Source of the DNA: Candidatus Coatesbacteria bacterium
GTDB taxonomy: Bacteria > JAFGND01
Direction of reading: 5' to 3'
Assembly (NCBI GenBank): GCA_016927185.1
Contig: JAFGND010000034.1
Span: forward strand, 1-64,000
Length of the DNA: 64,000 nt
Shown here one piece after another: positions 56,820 to 64,000 of the stretch (position 1 is its first letter; each line of letters starts with the position of its first letter). The notes below the pieces were generated by a model. That model worked only from the letters and a program-made list of their open reading frames with translations, was not told where the DNA came from and did no database searches. Position numbers and translations under genes: made by a program.

Positions 56820-57983
56820 ATGAATAAAGGATACTTTGGAGAATTTGGAGGGCAGTACGTTCCCGAGGGATTGTTGCCCTATTTGAATAATATCGAACAG
56901 AAATACAATGAATTAAAGGACTCAGATAGTTTCAAGTCAAGACTAAAGAGCCTTTTAAAGGAATATGTAGGAAGACCAAGTCCCCTCTATTTCGCAAAAA
57001 ATTTAAGTAAAAATATCGGCTGCAAGATTTATCTTAAAAGAGAAGATCTTAATCATACTGGAGCACACAAGATCAATAACACACTAGGGCAGGCATTGCT
57101 GGCAAAATCGATGAACAAAAAGGAAATCATTGCAGAGACTGGAGCAGGACAACATGGAGTTGCTACTGCCACTGCTGCTGCCTTGCTTGGCATGAAATGC
57201 AAGATTTTCATGGGAAAGGTGGATACAATAAAACAGAAACTCAATGTACAGAGAATAAGCCTTTTAGGAGCTGAAGTCATAACAGTTGAAAGAGGTTCTG
57301 GTATCCTTAAAGATGCAGTTGACGAGGCACTTGGTTATCTCATAGAGAATCCTGAGGTTTTCTATCTGCTGGGAAGCGTTGTAGGACCTCATCCCTATCC
57401 GACAATTGTAAGAAATTTTCAGAAAATAATTGGTGAGGAAGCGAAAATGCAGATTATTGAACAAGAAGGAAGACTGCCTGATTATCTTATAGCATGCGTA
57501 GGTGGAGGAAGCAATGCAATGGGGCTTTTTTATGACTTCATAAATGAAGAAAATGTCAAGCTTATTGCTGTGGAACCAGCTGGCAAGGGATTGGAACCAG
57601 GGAATCATGCAGCTACATTGACACTGGGAAGTCCCGGAATAATACATGGTTTCAAATGCTACCTTCTTCAGGACAATGAAGGAAATCCAGCAGATATTCA
57701 TTCCATTGCATCAGGACTTGATTATCCAGGAGTAGGACCTGAACCTTCAATGCTCAAAGACAGCAACAGATTAATCCTTGGATCAGTTACTGATGTTCAG
57801 GCAATAAACGCATTCAATTATCTTTCAAGGATAGAAGGAATAATTCCAGCGCTTGAGACAAGTCATGCTATTGCATTCATCCTCGAGCATTCATCCATGT
57901 TCAATAAAGATGATATTATTATAGTGAATCTTTCTGGACGTGGAGACAAAGATGTAGAAACAGTCCTGCAATCAAATAGTTGA
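56820..57983 (+). CDS. trpB: Tryptophan synthase beta subunit
   Basis: [72 protein letters not shown]. Confidence 0.96.
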   Translation: MNKGYFGEFGGQYVPEGLLPYLNNIEQKYNELKDSDSFKSRLKSLLKEYVGRPSPLYFAKNLSKNIGCKIYLKREDLNHTGAHKINNTLGQALLAKSMNKKEIIAETGAGQHGVATATAAALLGMKCKIFMGKVDTIKQKLNVQRISLLGAEVITVERGSGILKDAVDEALGYLIENPEVFYLLGSVVGPHPYPTIVRNFQKIIGEEAKMQIIEQEGRLPDYLIACVGGGSNAMGLFYDFINEENVKLIAVEPAGKGLEPGNHAATLTLGSPGIIHGFKCYLLQDNEGNPADIHSIASGLDYPGVGPEPSMLKDSNRLILGSVTDVQAINAFNYLSRIEGIIPALETSHAIAFILEHSSMFNKDDIIIVNLSGRGDKDVETVLQSNS

Positions 57984-58001
57984 AGATTATCTGAATTCTG
58001 A

Positions 58002-58035
58002 TAAGAGCTGAATATTAGAAGATATTTAGCTCTTA
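58002..58035 (+). terminator. Hairpin after trpB (probable terminator)
   Basis: TAAGAGCTGAATAT-N6-ATATTTAGCTCTTA, 14-bp stem with one G:U pair; weak U tail. Confidence 0.55.
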
Positions 58036-58092
58036 CTCTAATTAATGTAAGTCTTTTCACTTGACAGTCTATGCATATATTTCTTCTGAATC

Positions 58093-59262
58093 ATGCTGAA
58101 AATGGCATTTGAAAAGTATTTTTTGAAAAATATCTTTCCTGCTTATTCAAGATTTCTTGATAATATGCCAGTACCTAATTTTCACTGGCTTGCCGAATGG
58201 AGAATAACGCAGAGATGCAATTTGAAATGCACTTATTGCATACGGGATGGTCAAAGGGTAACTCCAGAAAATCTGCCTCTTGCAGTAGAGAATATAAAGA
58301 AAACAAAACCAAAGATAGTAATAATAACTGGCGGGGAACCATTTCTTGTAGACAACCTTGAAAAGTGTATACTTGAAATAAAAGAAAGTATTAATCCCAA
58401 AATCAGGGTAACAACTAATCTTATTTACAGGATGGAGAAAATTTTCAAAGTACTTCCCCATCTCCAGCTAATTCATGTTTCAATTGATGGTCTTGGAAAG
58501 CATAACAAGCTGAACAGGGGAATTGATGGAGATTTCGTTATAAAAAGAATTGAGCAACTTGCAAGAGAAATTGAGAAACTTAATCTTAAGATAACAATAA
58601 TGACTTTCACTGTGCTTTCCAGAGATAATGGAAATGAAGAAGTAATGATACCTCTGGCAGAGAAGTTGCAATCTATATCCCCCAATATATATTGCCTGTT
58701 CGCTTCATTAATGCCTCCTTCAAATCCCTATTCGGTCTTGCATGATATCAATTATTACAATACAGCAAATAGTGCTTTTCTTAATCTGGAACAACGCTTT
58801 GGCAAAAATAAGGTTGGCTTTTTTTCACCAGGTCCTTTCAATAGCTGGGAAAAGCACAAATATAACACCAGATGTTACAGGCAATATTTCAGGTATTTCG
58901 TCCAGCCTGATGGAGTAGTAGAATACTGCAAACCTGAAACTCTCAGGTATTATGAAGCATTGATACTTGGGGCTGTCAACAGGAAGGATTTCAAAAACAG
59001 GTGGACTTATATAGCAAAGATCATGCTTCAAAGTCTCTGGGTTACAAGAATCAAACGCTATCATCCACTATGTCTAGCCCCATGCGAATGTGAAGAACAT
59101 ATTGACTGTTTCATGAGGCAGAAAGATAAAGGTCACTGGTCTGAATTCTGGATGGAAAGGGATTTCAAACCTTTATCTGAAGAAGACAAGAACTTGTTTT
59201 CAAGATTTGTTAAAGAAAATGTTAATGATAGCTTCAGCAAGGAATTGATGGATTTTCTTTAG
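58093..59262 (+). CDS. Radical SAM protein with Cys-containing C-terminal (Twitch/SPASM-like) extension
   Basis: CNLKCTYC (CxxxCxxC), TGGEP, TTN, SIDG; C.......V.PDG.V..C and CLAPCECEEHIDC. Confidence 0.85.
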   Translation: MLKMAFEKYFLKNIFPAYSRFLDNMPVPNFHWLAEWRITQRCNLKCTYCIRDGQRVTPENLPLAVENIKKTKPKIVIITGGEPFLVDNLEKCILEIKESINPKIRVTTNLIYRMEKIFKVLPHLQLIHVSIDGLGKHNKLNRGIDGDFVIKRIEQLAREIEKLNLKITIMTFTVLSRDNGNEEVMIPLAEKLQSISPNIYCLFASLMPPSNPYSVLHDINYYNTANSAFLNLEQRFGKNKVGFFSPGPFNSWEKHKYNTRCYRQYFRYFVQPDGVVEYCKPETLRYYEALILGAVNRKDFKNRWTYIAKIMLQSLWVTRIKRYHPLCLAPCECEEHIDCFMRQKDKGHWSEFWMERDFKPLSEEDKNLFSRFVKENVNDSFSKELMDFL

Positions 59263-59288
59263 ATAACGAATTTTTTTGAAAAGGATAT

Positions 59289-60995
59289 ATGAATAAGGGA
59301 AATAGCCTCTTGAAATTTTTTGAAAGGGATTCTGGCAAAGTAGCTATTCTGTCAGTATTCTGCATAATTGCCCATTATGTTTTCATATTCCAGAGAGGAT
59401 TAGTATTTGAAGACTGGATGATGCTGGGATTGACCCAGAAGCTGGCAGCAGAAAATCGCTTCCCAATGGCTGTATTGCTGGATCCTCTGCGTTTCTTTGG
59501 TCATACTTATAATTGCCTTATCAGTTACCTATTTAGATATAATCCTACTCTATATCATTTCCAGCTTCTTTTCTATGATATACTTGCCACAGTTCTTGTT
59601 TTTACATTGTCGAAAAGGATATTCAGGAATTCATTAACTGCCTTTCTTGCAACTCTGATTTTCTCTATTTTTCCAAACAATACTGAAAGTCATTTATCAG
59701 TGAACACAAGCTTCATGAAAATGGGATTTTGTGTTAATATGATGCTTCTTATTTTTCTTGCAGACTGGATTTCCAAAAAGAAAGGGAAAATAGCATTATC
59801 TGTGATAAGTCTGATATATTTCCTGTCTCTTTTCATATATGAGCAGGGAGCAATGCTTCCATTTGTCTTCCTTGCAATGAATTATTTATTATTAAAGGAT
59901 ATTTATATTTCGGAAAGAAAGAGGATTTTTACTTTCATCTTGATTTCATCAATATTATTAATATCAGCTTTTGTTATAAAGAAAACCAATTTCCTTGGAT
60001 TACTGCAGCCAATATATGGAGGGGAGGCATGGAAAGTTGATTATAAATTCAATATAGATGGTTTATTCAATTTTCTTGATATAGTATTCTATACTAATTA
60101 TTTAGGTGTTTTCATAATGCAGATGAAATCGGTTTATTTCGGTCTGAAATCAATGAACAGATTAATTCTTTTGCTCCTTTTAATGATAGACATATTTATT
60201 TGTTATATTCTATTCAAGATGAAATTGATCAAGGAGGAAGGGATTGCTTATGGAAAGAACTACCTGTATGCCGGCTTGTGGACTATGCTTTTATTCATTA
60301 TGCCAGTATTCATGTATCCATTCTTTTCAAGCAGGCATACAGCATATTTAAATATAGGCTTTTGCATTATACTGATCTATCTTATTTATCATATTGAAAT
60401 AAAAGACTTATACAAAAGACTGTTATTAAGTGCTTTTATATTCATGTGCCTCTTGTATAATCAGGGAGAGAGTTACAATTGGGTAATTGCTGGACGATTG
60501 AATATGGGATTATTTGAATATGTATGCATCAAAAAAGATGAGATAATATCAAGAAAGCCAAAGGCTGTTGTTATATATGCAGGAAATCAATATATAAGGT
60601 CAGGCCTGGGTGATAGATATCCATCACATATAGGTAATACTGTATTGAATGGAGCAGGTTATGGAAAGGTCCATGTAGGGAAAGAAATAATAAACATGTC
60701 TCCCTGGGTATATATAACCTGGATGGCACTCAAAACAAATGAAATGCTAGTTATAAGTGAATCCAGACAACCAATGCATATAAGCAATAACATGATATCT
60801 TATTATGACTATGAGAGCAAGTCCTACAAGCAGATAGGACTTAATGAAGTCTATGTAATCAATATGTCATATATAGTGGAGAAAGAATTACCTCATTTAT
60901 TCTCAAGAATGGAGGAAAATTTCGGAAAAAAGCAGGATCTCAAGAAAGAAGATAATCCAGGGAAGCCTGGTGATTTTTATAAACCTGCTTTCTAA
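59289..60995 (+). CDS. Polytopic membrane protein, possible GT-C-fold glycosyltransferase
   Basis: About 10 TMs; first-loop ED.W; LATLIF..FP...ES; LSLFIYEQ; soluble C-terminal domain. Confidence 0.55.
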   Translation: MNKGNSLLKFFERDSGKVAILSVFCIIAHYVFIFQRGLVFEDWMMLGLTQKLAAENRFPMAVLLDPLRFFGHTYNCLISYLFRYNPTLYHFQLLFYDILATVLVFTLSKRIFRNSLTAFLATLIFSIFPNNTESHLSVNTSFMKMGFCVNMMLLIFLADWISKKKGKIALSVISLIYFLSLFIYEQGAMLPFVFLAMNYLLLKDIYISERKRIFTFILISSILLISAFVIKKTNFLGLLQPIYGGEAWKVDYKFNIDGLFNFLDIVFYTNYLGVFIMQMKSVYFGLKSMNRLILLLLLMIDIFICYILFKMKLIKEEGIAYGKNYLYAGLWTMLLFIMPVFMYPFFSSRHTAYLNIGFCIILIYLIYHIEIKDLYKRLLLSAFIFMCLLYNQGESYNWVIAGRLNMGLFEYVCIKKDEIISRKPKAVVIYAGNQYIRSGLGDRYPSHIGNTVLNGAGYGKVHVGKEIINMSPWVYITWMALKTNEMLVISESRQPMHISNNMISYYDYESKSYKQIGLNEVYVINMSYIVEKELPHLFSRMEENFGKKQDLKKEDNPGKPGDFYKPAF

Positions 60996-61522
60996 TCCTT
61001 CCTTATAAATCTATGTGAATATTTTTCCAGTCTCACGAAATCAAAAAAACCTGATTCAGTAATTTTCTGAGTGATTTCCTCATTTTTCATATGATGATCG
61101 TTGACTGACAAGATCCCTTCAGGTTTCAATAATCTGTGAAATTCAGAAAGAACTTCTGCAGGCTTTTCAAGAAGATGAAAAACATCGTACAGAAGAACAA
61201 TATCAATACATGAATCTGCAAGATCAATCCTGCATTCTGTTTTTATCAATGTTACATTATTGATCTTGTTTTTAGTAAGTTTTTCACTAGTGGTTTCCAG
61301 TGCAATAGGGTTCCTGTCAACCGCGTATATCTTTCCTTGCTCTCCTACAAGTCTGGAAAGAGGAATTGTATATGAACCTGGACCACAGCCAAACTCAATT
61401 ATTTGCATTCCCTCGCTAATACCTACTTCATTCAGTATTCTTTTTCTTGGAAACAGTATATCACGGATCTTGAAAAAAAACTCCATCTTCTTGAAACCTG
61501 ATCTGTCATTATGTTCTCTCAT
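60992..61522 (-). CDS. Class I SAM-dependent methyltransferase
   Basis: IEFGCGPG, IYAVD, D+VLLYDVFH, E..RLLKP.G. Confidence 0.88.
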   Translation of the reverse strand: MREHNDRSGFKKMEFFFKIRDILFPRKRILNEVGISEGMQIIEFGCGPGSYTIPLSRLVGEQGKIYAVDRNPIALETTSEKLTKNKINNVTLIKTECRIDLADSCIDIVLLYDVFHLLEKPAEVLSEFHRLLKPEGILSVNDHHMKNEEITQKITESGFFDFVRLEKYSHRFIRKD

Positions 61523-61531
61523 TATACTCTC

Positions 61532-62104
61532 CTATATCATCCCCGGTTTTTCATTTCTTTTAAGCATTGAAAAGAACTTCTTAATTCTTCTCTTTCTTGT
61601 TTCCTCCTTTTTTGCATCATTAATCCAGTTTATATAGTTTCTTTTGTTTGATGGAGTAAGTTTCAGGTAAAATTTTAAAGCCTTTTCATTAGATGAAAGG
61701 ACTTCCATCAAGTCAGGAGGCTCTTCAGGCATTGTCTTCTTCGGAGATTCCTTTAGATCAATGTTGAGAAGCTTTTTATCAAAAACCTTCATGCCTTCCT
61801 CTCTCATCCTTCCTTCAGAAATAAGCTTCTTAACTCTTTTTATATTCGCTACTGACCACTTGCTTCTGTTTTTTCTTACTGTGAACTTTCTCAAGTATTT
61901 TTCATCATCAAGTCTTTTTATAATGCTGTCTATCCAGCCATAGCAAAGTGCTACATCCAGTGCATCACTATATGAGATTGAGGTTTTAAGAGAGCTCTTC
62001 TTATAGAAGATAAGCCATATCTCTTTCTTGTTATCAGAATTCCCTGCAAGCCAGTTTTCCCATTCATTTCTATCTGAAACATGAATGCAATCCAGGATTC
62101 TCAT
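61532..62104 (-). CDS. YdeI/OmpD-associated family protein
   Basis: W..WL, ALCYGWIDS, F..R...SKWS..N, F..LTPS..R.YI.WI..AK..ETR..RI. Confidence 0.9.
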   Translation of the reverse strand: MRILDCIHVSDRNEWENWLAGNSDNKKEIWLIFYKKSSLKTSISYSDALDVALCYGWIDSIIKRLDDEKYLRKFTVRKNRSKWSVANIKRVKKLISEGRMREEGMKVFDKKLLNIDLKESPKKTMPEEPPDLMEVLSSNEKALKFYLKLTPSNKRNYINWINDAKKEETRKRRIKKFFSMLKRNEKPGMI

Positions 62105-62161
62105 TCCATATCCTTCCTTACATAATCATGAATAACAATAATATGATAGTCCTTCTGAAAT

Positions 62162-62989
62162 TTGATAAAAATGTCAATGAGATTAGTTGCATGTTTGAAA
62201 CAAAATCTTGACATTATTCATACAAAGTCAGGCAAAAGTAATGTGGAAATTAAGAATCCTCTCATTGACAAAGTGGCTACATCATATTTATATGTAATAA
62301 CAATCACAACACTGATAATAATAGTAACGAATTTATCGGATTTACTTATTCTTCTTGGTCTTCATATCATAATCCTCTTGATTCTTAGATCCTTCAAGTT
62401 AAGGAAGAATTTTCTTGTATTCATAGTCACTATTGCCTTGTTCCAGATGGTTTTCCAGAGAAGTGGAGATATAATACTTCTGGGTTTCATTACCAGGCAA
62501 GGGCTTTATTATTCTATTGCAACTTCAGTGAGACTGTTTGTAATAATGTCCACATCTGACATCATACTGGATATTTCAAGAAATGATTTGATAAACTTGC
62601 TTAGATTCATGAGAATTCCAGCAGAGATTGTTCTCATGTATACACTAACTCTGCTATTTGTTGATAATCTGAGGCAGAGAAGCAGGGAAATCCTTGTGGC
62701 AATTCAGCTGAGAGGGCTCGATATACAGAAGCTTAATCTGATTATGAAATTCAGGCTATTAAAGAAACTGTTACTACCTCTCTTTATTGGAAGTCTGCTG
62801 AAGGCAAAAAAAATTGCTGCTGCACTGGAAATAAGAGGATATGGTTCAACAAGAAATCCCACCAGTTTATACAAGATTAGATATAGATTTAAATATGCAC
62901 TGTTGCAGCTTTTCATAATAGCTTCTGCAGCAGTTTTTTATTATATGTCATCGAAAGGATTTTATGAAAGTTTTCTGCTTGATTGGTAG
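62162..62989 (+). CDS. ecfT: Energy-coupling factor transporter transmembrane component (EcfT/CbiQ-like)
   Basis: N-terminal TMs; two XRG coupling motifs (IQLRG, LEIRGY); real start probably downstream (e.g. GTG 62243). Confidence 0.8.
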   Translation: MIKMSMRLVACLKQNLDIIHTKSGKSNVEIKNPLIDKVATSYLYVITITTLIIIVTNLSDLLILLGLHIIILLILRSFKLRKNFLVFIVTIALFQMVFQRSGDIILLGFITRQGLYYSIATSVRLFVIMSTSDIILDISRNDLINLLRFMRIPAEIVLMYTLTLLFVDNLRQRSREILVAIQLRGLDIQKLNLIMKFRLLKKLLLPLFIGSLLKAKKIAAALEIRGYGSTRNPTSLYKIRYRFKYALLQLFIIASAAVFYYMSSKGFYESFLLDW

Positions 62990-63713
62990 CCATTCAAATT
63001 CAGGTAAAACTACAACAGCTTGTGAAATCATAAGGAATTTGAAAAAAAGAAACTATTCGGTTTCAGCATTGAAAGATATTCATATTGAAGGATTCAGCAT
63101 TGATTCTGAAGGTAAAGACACCTGGCTAATGTCTGAAGCTGGAGCAAATCCAGTAATTTCATTTTCTGAAAAGGAAACCGGAATTATCTACAGGAAAAGA
63201 CTTCCTATAGATTCAATCAAGCAGCATCTTTCGAGTGACTACCTGGTTATTGAAGGAGGCAAGTCTTTTTATTATCCAGCGATTGCTGTTTCTGATGGAG
63301 TTGATGATCTTGAAAAGATTGTTGACGAAAGAGTCTTCGCTATTTCTGGACCAGTTTCAAGAGATGTCAGCACATTCAAGAACATTCCAGTTTTCGATAT
63401 TTATAAAAGTATTGATGAATTTGTTGATTACATAATGGATATTGTTCCTCCTGCTCTGCCATTCTTTGATGATGATTGTTGCAGATTTTGCGGGATGACT
63501 TGCAGCGAAATGCTTGTAAAACTGCTTAGAAAAGAGAAGAATATTAATGAATGCATTGCTTATGCAAACAACAAGATCAAACTGAAGATTGGGGAAAAAA
63601 CCATAGATATGGTTCCTTTTGTTCAGGATACACTTGTTGATGTAATAAAGGGATTTTTGAGAAACCTCAAGGGTTATGATTCTCAAGCAAGTATAGAGAT
63701 AATTATCAAGTAG
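62964..63713 (+). CDS. mobB: Molybdopterin-guanine dinucleotide biosynthesis protein MobB with C-terminal Fe-S domain
   Basis: G.SNSGKTT, +KDIH, D.EGKDTW....AGA, IEG; CCRFCGMTC...C; MVPFVQ. Confidence 0.85.
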   Translation: MKVFCLIGSHSNSGKTTTACEIIRNLKKRNYSVSALKDIHIEGFSIDSEGKDTWLMSEAGANPVISFSEKETGIIYRKRLPIDSIKQHLSSDYLVIEGGKSFYYPAIAVSDGVDDLEKIVDERVFAISGPVSRDVSTFKNIPVFDIYKSIDEFVDYIMDIVPPALPFFDDDCCRFCGMTCSEMLVKLLRKEKNINECIAYANNKIKLKIGEKTIDMVPFVQDTLVDVIKGFLRNLKGYDSQASIEIIIK

Positions 63714-63715
63714 TC

Positions 63716-64000
63716 ATGGAAGTATCAATAGGAACATCTGGATATGTATATGCTGACTGGAAGGAAGTTTTCTATCCAAGAGGCACAAAGGATTTTCTGA
63801 GCTATTACCAGCAATTCTTCAAGATAGTGGAGATAAATTCTACATATTATCAGGAGATTGATGCTTCTTTTTTCAAGAACATTGCCAGAAAAACAAGGAA
63901 TGATTTCTCTTTTGCAGTTAAAGCATACTCGACTTTGACTCACAAGAGAGATGATTTCAAGAGGGCAGCGAAGAAATTCAAAGAAGCTCTACTACCATTA
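63716..64000 (+). CDS. DUF72 (YecE-like) protein, truncated by the window end
   Basis: Not in the ORF track; translation from ATG63716 gives MEVSIGTSGYVYADWKEVFYP...LSYY...F..VEINSTYY...FAVKA. Confidence 0.85.
   Translation, partial: MEVSIGTSGYVYADWKEVFYPRGTKDFLSYYQQFFKIVEINSTYYQEIDASFFKNIARKTRNDFSFAVKAYSTLTHKRDDFKRAAKKFKEALLPL

Noticed and set aside
69-63943. Many 60-190 aa ORFs antisense to or nested in long genes (e.g. 13826..14284, 35878..36303, 52283..52858, 63725..63943)
   Set aside because: They lie inside well-supported genes, lack motifs and RBSs, and are the expected shadow ORFs

Overview
AT-rich, gene-dense bacterial chromosomal segment in the standard genetic code. I see no transposase, integrase, phage gene, CRISPR array or rRNA. 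LolC/E-LolD, an outer-membrane beta-barrel, several lipoproteins, five proteins with T9SS-type C-terminal sorting domains, a long FCB-style SecA, the DapL route to meso-DAP and a W/Mo-pterin aldehyde oxidoreductase point to a diderm anaerobe, probably in or near the FCB group (inference). In order: livKHMGF; a tandem class III cyclase-STAND ATPase-TPR protein; a LonC / LysM-MepA / sulfatase-like / 2x membrane-protein operon; WD40 and beta-barrel genes; a ParB-TPR / diguanylate cyclase operon; four tandem small secreted Ig-like+CTD paralogs; a PEGA protein; an EndoQ-UvrD / flavodoxin / dapF-dapL-dapA operon; tRNA-Lys and tRNA-Ala; a gatA operon; secA-lolC-lolD; a split AOR; pgm; mazG; a lone trpB with a candidate Trp leader peptide; a radical SAM / membrane-protein pair; ecfT-mobB-DUF72. 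The most notable observations are the four-gene T9SS-cargo array with a duplicated beta-strand motif, the split AOR with an inserted Fe-S module, an 8-Cys insert in the SecA VAR region, the ParB-TPR/c-di-GMP operon, and a cyclase gene whose catalytic N-terminus lies upstream of any canonical in-frame start codon. All calls come from motif recognition by eye; no database search was run.
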